From an uncultured Candidatus Saccharibacteria bacterium (GTDB lineage: Bacteria > Patescibacteriota > Minisyncoccia > Phycocordibacterales > JACNGX01): a stretch of DNA of 64,000 nucleotides. The stretch spans positions 615 through 64,614 of the forward strand of contig CAZULS010000001.1 of NCBI GenBank assembly GCA_964621395.1, written 5' to 3'. This document shows positions 9,441 through 20,051 of the stretch, piece after piece. Each line of letters begins with the position of its first letter. Positions within the stretch are counted from its first letter, which is position 1. The position numbers and the translations under genes are program-made. Below the pieces are notes generated by a model. The model saw nothing but the letters and a program-made list of their open reading frames with translations. It did no database searches and was not told where the DNA came from.

Positions 9441-12400
9441 TTACCTCAAAGCGAAGCGCACCGTCTCATTCTCACCAAGTACCGCTTCCGTCGCGTCTTC
9501 AATTTCTTTCTCAAACACGATATTTCTGAGCGATGCTGTTTTCTGAATCATATCTTTGTATTCAGCGATGAGCGACTCAGCGATTGAATCAGCGGAAACA
9601 GCGAGTGTTACCACATCATCCGGCGATAGCCCCTTTGCTTTACGTGCATCTTGAATTGCACGCAAGAGTTCACGCACTTCCCCTTCGCGACGCAGATCAT
9701 CCGTGAGTTCTAAATCGAGACCTGTTCCATTCTCCGTCTTCGATTCGTCCACCACAATTTTCTTCACATTCACTTCATCTTTGATAAGTGCGGCATATCG
9801 CTCGTCGGAGACATACTCGCCCTTCTCGGCAACAAAAAGTGTCGAAAGCGGCTGGCGCACCTTCACCCCTTCGCGCTTGCGCACCAGAAGAGCGGAAGAC
9901 ACCACAGCGCGCACCTTTTCCATCGCGACAATCACCTCCTTTTCTTTCTTCCCCTCTTTCATCTCAATCCAGCTCTCCAAATGCACACTCTCTTTCTTTC
10001 CACCTGTGCGTCCGTACACACGCTCAGAAACAAACGGCGTAAAGGGTGCAAGGAGTATTGCCGTGGCACGAAGCACTTCTCCAAGTACTGCACGCGCCTC
10101 GCGTGCGTCGTTCCCCTCACCTTTCATACGCTCTCTGCTTCGACGCACATACCACGTGGAAAGATCATCCAGAAAGCCAACAAACGGTCTCGTCGCACGG
10201 TCGAGTTCATATGCATCCAAAGCTCGCGTCACATCACGCGACACCTCTCCAAGTCGCGCGAGAATCCATTGATCAAGCACGTTCTTGGGCGCGCCGCCTC
10301 CCGTGGCGCGTCCTTCTTGTCCTTCTTGCCCGGCGGTCCCTCGACCGCTTAGGGCCTCTCCCTTTGGGACGACAAGTTCATAGAAGGCCACCACATTCTC
10401 CAGTCGCGCAATAATTTTTTTATACACCTCATCAACACCCTTCTCGGAAAAGCGAAGTTCTTCACCGCGCACCGCCGGCGAATTCAAGAGATAGAAGCGA
10501 ATGGCATCGGCGCCATAGCGATCCGCCAGATTCATTGGATCAGGATAATTTTTCAGCTTCTTACTCATCTTCTTCCCATCTTCCGCCAAAATCAAACCGT
10601 TCACAATCACGTGGCGGTACGGCGACTCATCAAAAAGCCCGACGCCAAGCATAAGTAAGGTATAAAACCAACCGCGTGTTTGATCCAGTCCTTCAGCAAT
10701 AAAGTCTGCCGGAAAATATTTCTTGAATGATTCTTTCCCTTTCGCCGGATATCCAAATTGTGCAAACGGCATCGCACCGGATTCAAACCAGCAGTCAAAC
10801 ACATCGGGGATACGTGTGTAGGCAGTACCGTCTTTTTCAATTTCCACCTCATCAATATACGGACGATGCACATCAAGCTCGTACTCGGCATTGTGCGGCA
10901 AGGGCACAAAATCCAGCTTTCGATATGTGCCGGTAGATATAAAATCACCTTCTTGCTGTGCATATATCTCAACGATTTCATCTACCGTTCTCCCTTCTGC
11001 ACCTTCAAAGAGCATGCGCGTTGCACCATCATGCGTGACAAAAAGAACGTTTTTCCCCTCATATGTTTCCTCGCATCCATACAACACCTCACTGACTCGA
11101 CGCTTCACATCGACATTACTCTCCCCTTTCGGACGCGGCTTTGTCATCCATTCATGAGCGTTTGTAAAATGCTCATCATCAACACTAACCGGCTTCCCTT
11201 CAAAATCACCAAAGTCATGCTCGCGAATTCCTTCCTCAATAACAATTGCGTCTTCCGGAAATCCGAGACCTTCGGCAACAAGCTTAGCAGTCTCACGCGT
11301 ACGCACCAAGGGCGATGCGATAATCACATCCGGCATGAAGCCTTCTTTCTTCATTCTTTCCACCGCCTCTGTAATTTCTTCTTTTCCTTTCTCTGTTACA
11401 TGATGTTCGTTCTCCGGAAGACCGGAATAAATTCCTGCCACATTACTCTCCGCTTCACCATGACGCATCACTACATAGGTATTGCCGGCAGTCTTTGTAT
11501 ACTTTTTCAATGTTGCCACACTATCAACCACCAATCGCTCACCCCTCTCATTCTCCCACACAGGCAAGGGAGCCCCCCAGAAACGCTGACGAGAAAAATT
11601 CCAGTCCGGCGCACCTTCAAGGAGATTTGCAAAACGCGCCGAGCCAATCTTCTCCGGCACCCAGCCAATCTTTTTATTTTTCTTCAGCGCACGGTCCTTG
11701 AGCTTTTGAATATCAATAAACCACGCCTCTGTCGCATAATTCAGAAGTGGTGTATCACAACGCCAACAATGCGGATACGGGTGTTCATACTTTTCTTTCG
11801 CAAAAAAGGCGTTGTGTTCTTGCAGATACTTGATCACTGCAATATCGGTTGCAAGACGCTCTTTCTCATCATCACTTCTTGGCTTCACCGCCATACCGGA
11901 AAGCACCTCCACCGTATCCTTCACGATGCCCGTATCATCCACATGCTGCACAAACGGCAGATTATGTTTCTTCCCAAGTGTAAGATCGTCTTCACCAAAC
12001 GCCGGCGCAATGTGCACAATACCGGTTCCGTCTTCGGTTGTCACAAAATCACCCGCATAGATTTTCCATCCGTTTTCACGGTGTTCAAGATTCTCGTCGT
12101 CAGCGTAGTATGGGAAGAGTGGCTTATATGCTTTACCCACAAGCTCTCCTCCCTTCATCTCTCCCTCGACATCATATTCCTTTATACCTGCCTTCTCGAA
12201 CACATCTCCCACCCTCTCTTTGGCAACGATATATCGCGCACCACTCGCAAGGACAATCACATACTCAATATCCTCTCCCACAGCCAAAGCCACATTGCCC
12301 GGCAGTGTCCACGGCGTGGTAGTCCACGCGAGAACGTAAGTTCTCGTGTGCCCCGCGGAGCCTTGGCGGAGTAGGGCATCTCCATCTTCCCCACCATCAT

Positions 12401-13088
12401 CAACCAATTCAAACTTCGCAATCACCGACAAGTCCTTCACGTCCTTGTACCCTTGCGACACCTCATTATTCGAAAGCGTTGTCTCACATCGCGGGCAGAT
12501 ATGCATAGAACGATATCCTTTCGTGATGAGTCCCTTTTTATCGAGCTCAGAAAACGCCCACCATACCGATTCGGTGTATGAGGTATCCATCGTTTTATAC
12601 GCATGATCCATGTCGATAAATCGTCCCATGCGCGGCACGGTTCGCTTCCATTCCTCGTCGTAGCGCATCACACTTCCGCGCGCGCGTTCATTGAATTTCC
12701 CGATGCCATATTTCTCAACATCTTTTTTGTTTTCCAATTCGAGCTCTTCTTCAATCAACACCTCCACCGGCAATCCATGACAATCCCATCCCCATTGCCT
12801 GCGGACATGATTTCCCTGCATTGTTTTGTATCGCGGAATTGCATCCTTCATCGTCCCGGCCAAGAGATGACCATAGTGCGGTGTACCGGTCGCAAATGGA
12901 GGTCCATCATAAAACACAAACTCCTTGCCGCCCTCTGTCGCCTCAAGCGTGCGCTCAAAAATACGTTGCTGTCTCCAGAGCGCAAGTGTTTCTTCTTCTT
13001 TACGCGCAACGTCGGAGAGGGTGCGGTTCCCCTCCATGGCCTTGGCGACGGAGGGTGTCTCCTTTGTTGTATCTGCGTGAGAGGACAT
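9441..13088 (-). CDS. ileS: Isoleucine--tRNA ligase (IleRS2 type) with an inserted histidine phosphatase domain
   Basis: DGPPFATGTPHYGH, GWDCHGLP, WTTTPWTLP, KMSKK; internal RHGE domain. AGGAG precedes 13088; alternative start 13142. Confidence 0.95.
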   Translation of the reverse strand: MSSHADTTKETPSVAKAMEGNRTLSDVARKEEETLALWRQQRIFERTLEATEGGKEFVFYDGPPFATGTPHYGHLLAGTMKDAIPRYKTMQGNHVRRQWGWDCHGLPVEVLIEEELELENKKDVEKYGIGKFNERARGSVMRYDEEWKRTVPRMGRFIDMDHAYKTMDTSYTESVWWAFSELDKKGLITKGYRSMHICPRCETTLSNNEVSQGYKDVKDLSVIAKFELVDDGGEDGDALLRQGSAGHTRTYVLAWTTTPWTLPGNVALAVGEDIEYVIVLASGARYIVAKERVGDVFEKAGIKEYDVEGEMKGGELVGKAYKPLFPYYADDENLEHRENGWKIYAGDFVTTEDGTGIVHIAPAFGEDDLTLGKKHNLPFVQHVDDTGIVKDTVEVLSGMAVKPRSDDEKERLATDIAVIKYLQEHNAFFAKEKYEHPYPHCWRCDTPLLNYATEAWFIDIQKLKDRALKKNKKIGWVPEKIGSARFANLLEGAPDWNFSRQRFWGAPLPVWENERGERLVVDSVATLKKYTKTAGNTYVVMRHGEAESNVAGIYSGLPENEHHVTEKGKEEITEAVERMKKEGFMPDVIIASPLVRTRETAKLVAEGLGFPEDAIVIEEGIREHDFGDFEGKPVSVDDEHFTNAHEWMTKPRPKGESNVDVKRRVSEVLYGCEETYEGKNVLFVTHDGATRMLFEGAEGRTVDEIVEIYAQQEGDFISTGTYRKLDFVPLPHNAEYELDVHRPYIDEVEIEKDGTAYTRIPDVFDCWFESGAMPFAQFGYPAKGKESFKKYFPADFIAEGLDQTRGWFYTLLMLGVGLFDESPYRHVIVNGLILAEDGKKMSKKLKNYPDPMNLADRYGADAIRFYLLNSPAVRGEELRFSEKGVDEVYKKIIARLENVVAFYELVVPKGEALSGRGTAGQEGQEGRATGGGAPKNVLDQWILARLGEVSRDVTRALDAYELDRATRPFVGFLDDLSTWYVRRSRERMKGEGNDAREARAVLGEVLRATAILLAPFTPFVSERVYGRTGGKKESVHLESWIEMKEGKKEKEVIVAMEKVRAVVSSALLVRKREGVKVRQPLSTLFVAEKGEYVSDERYAALIKDEVNVKKIVVDESKTENGTGLDLELTDDLRREGEVRELLRAIQDARKAKGLSPDDVVTLAVSADSIAESLIAEYKDMIQKTASLRNIVFEKEIEDATEAVLGENETVRFALR

Positions 13089-13490
13089 CTCATCTCCTTT
13101 TCCACAACCGGGAGAACATGTTTTTGGCACAGACTGACTCATATACGCTGTACTATAGCATATTTTAGGAGATTAGTATGTTAGGAGAATAGGAGATTAA
13201 AGAAAAACAAAACTGTTGTCATCCCGCATTCCGTGCCGAGCACTTTTTTCACTTTAGTGAAAATGGTGCTTGGTGATGCGGAATCTTACAAAACCAAAGG
13301 TGAGCTTTGGTATGCATACCAAAGCTCACCTTTGGTTTTGTCGTACCCACTCACACCTTCATTCTTAATTCGTAACTCTTTATTCTGCGCCCCGGATGAC
13401 TTCGTCATCCGGGGCGCTTGACTTCCCCTCATCTTTCAGGTAGATATAAAGGCAGTAACACGTTCCCAAAAACCAAAAACAAACACGAAC

Positions 13491-14243
13491 ATGACACAGT
13501 CAAACGCAACAAACACCGTTGAAGAATACAGAGACATGATTCTCCGGCAGGTAGAAAAAGTAGCTGGTGGCTCCAAAGATGATCTCCTTTCCTTTTATTA
13601 TGAAAAATATGATCACCGTACACACGATGAAAAAAATAAATTCCGTGTCGCACTATCGACCGTCATTGAAGATGTATTCAGCTCAGATCCGCCTATCAAC
13701 CCTGTCGTTTGGACAAAAGAACTCATCGACCTTGTTGCTCTGACACTTGCAGACGAAGCGCTAACAAAAGTCCTTGGGCACTCAAAGAGAATGCTTGGTA
13801 AAAAGAAAGGTGGCTACGAAGAAAGACGTCAGAGAACGTTCACCTTGCTTTCCGACACAATCCAAAATATATTTCTCGACCAGAACGATCTGTTCAGACC
13901 GGAGTGGATCACAAAATTTGCAGAAAGCACATTCTTCAATCCCGAAAAAGATGCTATCCATATTCTTCTTATGGTCGCACGGACCATACCTGACGAATTC
14001 GAGACGTTTGTCGTCTCTATGCGCAAGCATGTAAACACCCTTGTTGTCCGTACAGACAGGGATAAGGTACGTGTTTATGCATACGCACAAGAAATCGTCG
14101 ACAAAATCGGAAAGAGACGGGCAGTACTTTCTCTCGGTATTGAAGATTACAGACTGAAAGAAATTCTCTTCCTGGAAGAAGATTCTCCTTTCAGAATAAT
14201 CGCAAAAGAGGACATGCACAAACTCCTCGAACCCCCGAAATGA
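13491..14243 (+). CDS. Hypothetical protein
   Basis: 250-aa ORF followed by a terminator-like hairpin. Confidence 0.65.
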   Translation: MTQSNATNTVEEYRDMILRQVEKVAGGSKDDLLSFYYEKYDHRTHDEKNKFRVALSTVIEDVFSSDPPINPVVWTKELIDLVALTLADEALTKVLGHSKRMLGKKKGGYEERRQRTFTLLSDTIQNIFLDQNDLFRPEWITKFAESTFFNPEKDAIHILLMVARTIPDEFETFVVSMRKHVNTLVVRTDRDKVRVYAYAQEIVDKIGKRRAVLSLGIEDYRLKEILFLEEDSPFRIIAKEDMHKLLEPPK

Positions 14244-14432
14244 CACGGGGGTTTTTATATATACACAAGCGCGGCGACCGTAAGGTCGCCGCGCTTGTGT
14301 TTTTTTCTCCGGCGCGCGTTAGCGCGCCTTTTCTAATAACTACCAACTAAAAACTAACAACTCCTCCATTTCTTCGCCATCATCCAAACAACCACCCTCT
14401 CGAAACTCGATACTCGCAACTCGAAACTCCTT

Positions 14433-16121
14433 TTACATTCTCTCAGGCACGGAAATCCCGAGAAGCGACAATCCCGATTCAAGCGTTGAGGCGACGGCTT
14501 TCGCGAGCGCCACGCGATACGGCGCTTCCTCCATCTCGGAGACAATCGGCGTGTGCGCGTAGTATGCATTAAATGCCTGCGCAATATCGGTGATTGCCGT
14601 CACAATCCTATGTGGCATACGCGCTCTTGCGCTCTCGCGCACATCTTCCGGGAAGCGCGCAATGAGTCGTTCGAGTTCACCAATATCATCACCCTCTTTC
14701 GTAATATCAGCAACGATACCCACTTCTTTTGCTTTCTCAACCACCGAGCGGGCACGCACCGCCGTATACTGCACATACGGTCCTGAAGCCCCTTCAAAGG
14801 AAAGCCACTTCTCAGCATCGTAGACAATATTCTTCCCTGTCTCTCCGCGCAGCACTCCATATTTGAGTGCGGAAACAGCAACCATATTCGCAATACTCCC
14901 ATCATCGTCCACACCATTTTCTTTGAGCTTCCCGGCGGCGCGCTCGGTCACTTCATTAAGAAGCGATTCGCCCGTCACCACATTCCCCTTGCGCGACGAC
15001 ATCTTCCCTTCCGCAAGCTGCATCATACCGTGTGAGATATGTTCGAAGCGACCGGCCGTCTCAGGCTTCATCTTTGCAAGCGCGGCAAACACCACCTTGA
15101 AATATTCTTTCTGCTCTTCAGCGGTAATCGTGTAAAACGTTTTCGCATTGGGAAATGCCTCGAGTTTCGAAATCGCCAATCCAATATCCTTCGCCTCATA
15201 TGTCGGCAATCCTTTTCCGCCGATAAATACACGAGTATGGAGCCCGCTTTCTTCACCTCTGTACACGACAGCACCTTCCGATTCTTCAAACACATTTCCC
15301 ACATGCTCTAAAACGGCATCACGTCCTTTCTTCCATGTCTCACTTTCAAAAACATACGTATCAAAAGCTGTGCCGAGTTTTTGATAGAGCTCTTCAAAAT
15401 GCTCAAGTGTTGTCTTTCTTCCCGCATCATAGAGAGTGTTGAGCTCCTCATCATCGCGCTCATACACATGTGTGTTGAGTGTGTCAATCGCGTGCTTCGC
15501 TTCTCCCCCTTCTTCATATTTTTCATTCCCATATACATACGCTTTGCCAATGGCGAGAACATCGTCCGGCGACACATCGAGCTCCTTCATGCCATACAAT
15601 GCTTTGGCAACATGCAAACCCACATCCCCTTGATAATTCATGCGCACCACATTATCACCTTCCGCTTCCAGGAGTCGACACAGCGACTCCCCAATCGCAT
15701 TACTCATCAAGTGACCAATATGAAAAAGCTTAAACGGATTCGGATCGGTATATTCCACGACAACCGTCTCCCCCGTCTTTTCATCCGCATACCCATATTT
15801 CTCTTCCGTTGTCTGGACCAAGCGCGAGAGAATCACGCTTTTGGAAAGTGTAATATTAATGAATCCGGGACCGGCCACAGACGCTCCCGAAACCATACCC
15901 TCACTATCGGCCTCAGAAATATGCTTCTCAATGCTTTCGGCAAGCTCACGCGGATTCTTTCCCGTCTCCTTTGCACTCACAAGCGCAATATTGCTCGCAT
16001 AATCCCCGTGCGTCATATCCGCCGGCACCTCCACATGCACATCTTCTGGGCGCACCAAAACACCCGCTTTTTCAGCAGAAAGAGCAATCACTGATTGAAG
16101 ATATTCGGGAATGTAAAACAT
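14433..16121 (-). CDS. argS: Arginine--tRNA ligase
   Basis: HGDYASN, GPGFINI, PNPFKLFHIGH, KMSSRKGN, C-terminal GISVPERM. Confidence 0.97.
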   Translation of the reverse strand: MFYIPEYLQSVIALSAEKAGVLVRPEDVHVEVPADMTHGDYASNIALVSAKETGKNPRELAESIEKHISEADSEGMVSGASVAGPGFINITLSKSVILSRLVQTTEEKYGYADEKTGETVVVEYTDPNPFKLFHIGHLMSNAIGESLCRLLEAEGDNVVRMNYQGDVGLHVAKALYGMKELDVSPDDVLAIGKAYVYGNEKYEEGGEAKHAIDTLNTHVYERDDEELNTLYDAGRKTTLEHFEELYQKLGTAFDTYVFESETWKKGRDAVLEHVGNVFEESEGAVVYRGEESGLHTRVFIGGKGLPTYEAKDIGLAISKLEAFPNAKTFYTITAEEQKEYFKVVFAALAKMKPETAGRFEHISHGMMQLAEGKMSSRKGNVVTGESLLNEVTERAAGKLKENGVDDDGSIANMVAVSALKYGVLRGETGKNIVYDAEKWLSFEGASGPYVQYTAVRARSVVEKAKEVGIVADITKEGDDIGELERLIARFPEDVRESARARMPHRIVTAITDIAQAFNAYYAHTPIVSEMEEAPYRVALAKAVASTLESGLSLLGISVPERM

Positions 16122-16860
16122 GGTATACGAGTGAAGAGTTGAGAGTTAAGAGAAAGCGGTCGTTTTGATGTTGGGGAACATGTTGGGGAAGTTGTTAGTT
16201 TTTAGTTGGTAGTTATTAGTCCGCGCGCTACTTGTCCCACGAAGCCGCTGCGGAGTGGGAACGCGCACTCAAACACCGAACCGACCAAGGTTAAACCTTG
16301 GTATAAATACCAAGGTTTAACCTTGGTCGGTTCCCAATCAATACCGGCAGTATAGCATAAAACGAACCCCCTCGAGAGAACTGAATCTCAAGAGAGGGTC
16401 ACGGCTTGGGCGTGTTAAGCCGTTACAGTAGTACCGCCGGTGATGTAGGTCGTAGAAGTGGAAACTACCACCGAAGGCGGATCATGGTAATGCAACATAT
16501 GCACCTCCATAATTGGCCGGAGTCTGTCTCGCTCTTCTGGGAGGACGAATCGGCAAAAATGAAACTATGTCCAGAAAGAACAACAGACCCCCATTGTACA
16601 CATTTCTGCAAAACGGCGCAACTCTTATGAGCATATTCCATAAAAAAGTCGCCCTTGTGAGGATACTGTGTGATGTCTCGACGGCTTCTTCTGGGATGGT
16701 CAGAAGCCGGAGATATGCGGTGTTCGTTCTTCTGTCGGATCATAGCAACCTTCTGTGGGGTCACAACAGTATCCGGACACTTCCGGTGAGCAGGATTCAA
16801 CCGCTCCTACGATGAGAGTTTCCATAACGCACTCCGTCTTGATTCTAAAAAAATCTGAAG

Positions 16861-17496
16861 TCAATTCGCAATCATTCTCTTCACTGCTTCAAGCGCCGCT
16901 TCCCTGGCTTGTATTTCATTAAGAGCAACGGTATCGATAATGACATAGTGATCTTCGGGCATAGACGCGAGCTCTTTGTGATACGCCTCGCGAACGCGAG
17001 TGTGGAATGCAACACTCTCCGTATCAAAGCGAGTTTTGGTGGTACCATGTTCCCCCACGACTCGCGAAAGACCGATTTCCGGTTCTACATCAAGAAAGAT
17101 ATAGTATGGCTCCGCATACGGCGCCACAATACGTCCGTAGAGCTCACGATAGAGCACTTCCAACTCCGGACGTTCCCTTCCCACAATCTGATACGCATAG
17201 GTGGAAAGTGCGAAACGGTCACACATCACATGCTTGCCGGAGGCAAGTGCCGGCTCAATCACTCTTTTCATATGCTCAGCCCGATCAGCGAAAAAGAGAA
17301 GGAGTTCTGTTTCGGGAGTCATTTCTTTTTCCAGAAGAAGCGCACGAATACTGCCTCCGATATCAGTACCGCCCGGTTCACGAGTGTACACAAACCCTTC
17401 ATCACCAAGATTTTTGCGCACATAGTCGAAACACGTCCCTTTCCCGGCTCCATCCCCTCCTTCAAAGACGATGAGTTTTCCGCGATTTGTGTTCAT
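16861..17496 (-). CDS. tmk: Thymidylate kinase
   Basis: FEGGDGAGKGT, TREPGGT, CDRF..STYAYQ. Confidence 0.95.
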   Translation of the reverse strand: MNTNRGKLIVFEGGDGAGKGTCFDYVRKNLGDEGFVYTREPGGTDIGGSIRALLLEKEMTPETELLLFFADRAEHMKRVIEPALASGKHVMCDRFALSTYAYQIVGRERPELEVLYRELYGRIVAPYAEPYYIFLDVEPEIGLSRVVGEHGTTKTRFDTESVAFHTRVREAYHKELASMPEDHYVIIDTVALNEIQAREAALEAVKRMIAN

Positions 17497-17728
17497 AGTT
17501 TCTCTATGATACCACATGGGGCGTGGAGCATGAATCACGGAGCACGACAAAACCCCCATACTGTCATTCCCAACTTGATTGGGAATCTTATTAAATAACC
17601 TCTACAGACAACATACCGAAGATTCCCGCTCAGGGGCGGGAATGACAATGCTGGAGTTTTATACACAAAAGCGCCACACCCGAAGGGTGCGGCGCTTTTT
17701 TATCGTTTAACGTTTATAGTTTATCGTT

Positions 17729-18151
17729 CTATTTCACATCAATCCCCATCGAACGCGCTGTTCCTTCGATGATGCGTGTGGCACCTTCGATGTCAGTAGC
17801 GTTTAGGTCGGGCATTTTACGTTCTGCAATTTCAGCAACTTGTGCACGAGTGATGGAACCAGCTTTTTTCACCGGCGTCTTCCCCGATCCTTTCTGCACG
17901 CCCGCAGCTTTCAGGATGAGCGATGAAGCCGGAGGAGTTTTCAAAATGAAATCAAATGAACGATCTTCGTATACACTGATTTCCACCGGAATAATGTCAT
18001 TGCCCATCTCACGTGTCTGCTCGTTGAATTGATTCACAAATTCACCGATAGCAACACCTGCTTGTCCGAGCGCCGGACCAAGCGTGCCGGCAGGAGTCGC
18101 CTTTCCGGCAGGTACCTGCACCTTTAGCTTTTTCATGACTTGTTTTGCCAT
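17729..18151 (-). CDS. rplK: 50S ribosomal protein L11
   Basis: [29 protein letters not shown]. Confidence 0.98.
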   Translation of the reverse strand: MAKQVMKKLKVQVPAGKATPAGTLGPALGQAGVAIGEFVNQFNEQTREMGNDIIPVEISVYEDRSFDFILKTPPASSLILKAAGVQKGSGKTPVKKAGSITRAQVAEIAERKMPDLNATDIEGATRIIEGTARSMGIDVK

Positions 18152-18473
18152 ATGTTAGGAAATTAAAGATTAGGAGATTAAATATTAAAGGCGATTTCAC
18201 GAAAAGGGGCGTAACTTCCTTCGCTGTGCGAAGACCCTTTTCTCACCTTCTTTCTTAGAAGCTCTGATACCATACCGCATTTTTCGCCTTGATGCAAGCC
18301 ACTAAAAGTGAAATAAGAAAAATGAAATACGAAATATGTATGCGATGACAATGCTTACATACGCATCACAAAAAAAGCGGCGGCACCTTCGGTGCCGCCG
18401 CTTTTTTGCCTTATCTTAGGTGCGGCGTAGCCGCGCATTTCTCTTAACTCTCAACTCTTTTCTCTTCACTCTT

Positions 18474-19019
18474 CTACGCCTTCTTCACCTGAAGAAAGTC
18501 AAGCTCCACCGGTGTCTCACGTCCAAACATTGAAACTAGCACCTTCACCTTGCCACGCTCTGTGTCCACTTCACTCACCTTCCCTTCAAATTCCTTAAAC
18601 GGACCGTCCATGACAATCACCGGATCATCCACTGAGAGATCAATGTCATGCTTCACATCCTTCTTCTCCATGCGTGAGAAGAGCATATCAATTTCCGATT
18701 TTTCAACCGGCACCGGCTGTGTTCCCGCACCGATAAATCCGGTCACGCGCGGAGTGTTGCGCACCACATACCACGATTCATCGTCCACGATCATATCCAC
18801 GAGCACATATCCGGGATAGATATTTTCTTCCACTTCCACGCGCTTTCCGCCCTTCACCTTCACTGTCTTTTCCACCGGTACCACAACATCAAAAATCTTC
18901 TCCTCCATGCCGAGGGATTCGATGCGCTGTTTGAGATTACGCTCCACCGCCTTTTCATAGCCCACATAGGTGTGGACGGCGTACCAATTACGCCCGCGTT
19001 GTGTGTCTTGTTTTGCCAT
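18474..19019 (-). CDS. nusG: Transcription termination/antitermination factor NusG
   Basis: WYAVHT..GYE, YPGYVLV, VRNTPRVTGF, KOW domain, FGRETPVEL. Confidence 0.98.
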   Translation of the reverse strand: MAKQDTQRGRNWYAVHTYVGYEKAVERNLKQRIESLGMEEKIFDVVVPVEKTVKVKGGKRVEVEENIYPGYVLVDMIVDDESWYVVRNTPRVTGFIGAGTQPVPVEKSEIDMLFSRMEKKDVKHDIDLSVDDPVIVMDGPFKEFEGKVSEVDTERGKVKVLVSMFGRETPVELDFLQVKKA

Positions 19020-19077
19020 ACTAGAAACGAAAAACTATAAACGATTAACGATAAAAACTCGCGCTACGCGCTCGGGG

Positions 19078-19251
19078 CTAAAGGATATAATTCTCGAATA
19101 CCCAGGAAAAGAGTGCATCAAATGCACCGAGATAATACGCGGCAACAAACGACACCACAATCACAATAATGGTGAACAAAGTGATCTGGCGACGATTCGG
19201 CCAATTCACGTGTCGCATTTCTGCTTGTACTTCTTTGAGATAATTGCTCAT
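19078..19251 (-). CDS. secE: Preprotein translocase subunit SecE
   Basis: Manual translation MSNYLKEVQAEMRHVNWPNRRQITLFTIIVIVVSFVAAYYLGAFD...; lies directly upstream of nusG; below the ORF-track length cutoff. Confidence 0.92.
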   Translation of the reverse strand: MSNYLKEVQAEMRHVNWPNRRQITLFTIIVIVVSFVAAYYLGAFDALFSWVFENYIL

Positions 19252-19374
19252 ATATATTGTATGAAAAATCCATTTTTAAAAGGCCTTTCGGCCCCTGTTT
19301 CCTCTACTATACTCCCCTCACGGAGAAAGTCAAGTATTCGTCAGAGTTATGCGAAAATATGCTACACTTGTTTT

Positions 19375-20037
19375 ATGAGTGTCCGAATATCGATAGACTC
19401 ATCATCAAGTTTTCTTTCTTCACGCAAGAAAAGTATTTCTGCTTTTATTAATCAGGTGGTTAGTTCAGTGGAAAGAGATATTGATTTTGGTGATGTGGAA
19501 ATAGAAATAGTGGAAACAAAAAATTCCGCTGTTCTGAAGAATATTAATGGTATTGGAGCATATACCCCTTCAGAAGATTTTATTCGACTGACCATTGATG
19601 TTGTCCACCCTGGCATGGACGAGCAGCTCAATACATATCTTCATATTCCACTTATTCATGAACTCCATCATTGTGCTCGAAGAAGAGCAGGTGTTGCCAT
19701 CGATGGAACAACATTCGGAGAGTGTATATTCAGTGAGGGTCTGGCTGACTATTTTGCATATACCAAAACGGGAACATTACCGCCGTGGATAATAGACATT
19801 CACAAACAAGACAAAGAGTTGCTACGCAAAAAAATAAAAGGATTGTATGAAAAGGAATTTACACTTGATGACTATACTGCTTGGTTTATAAAAGGATCAG
19901 AGGAAAAAAATATACCTGCATTTGCAGGCTATACTCTTGGATTTGATATGGTAAAAAATCTTATTGAGAAAAATCCTCAACACACAATACTATCGCTCAC
20001 CCACACACCTTTCTCTATGTCTTTTGTAAAAAATTGA
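19375..20037 (+). CDS. DUF2268-like Zn-dependent protease
   Basis: HELHH, EGLAD, GYTLGF motifs; AT-rich. Confidence 0.75.
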   Translation: MSVRISIDSSSSFLSSRKKSISAFINQVVSSVERDIDFGDVEIEIVETKNSAVLKNINGIGAYTPSEDFIRLTIDVVHPGMDEQLNTYLHIPLIHELHHCARRRAGVAIDGTTFGECIFSEGLADYFAYTKTGTLPPWIIDIHKQDKELLRKKIKGLYEKEFTLDDYTAWFIKGSEEKNIPAFAGYTLGFDMVKNLIEKNPQHTILSLTHTPFSMSFVKN

Positions 20038-20051
20038 GTTCCCGGTTTCCC

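Noticed and set aside
10758-12374. 538-aa plus-strand ORF and similar long antisense ORFs (15381, 16909, 23084)
   Set aside because: They are shadows of ileS, argS, tmk and the Pif1 gene, with no recognisable motifs.
18970-19374. N-terminal extension of the 355-aa ORF
   Set aside because: It overlaps secE and nusG on the opposite strand; the true start is more likely 19375.
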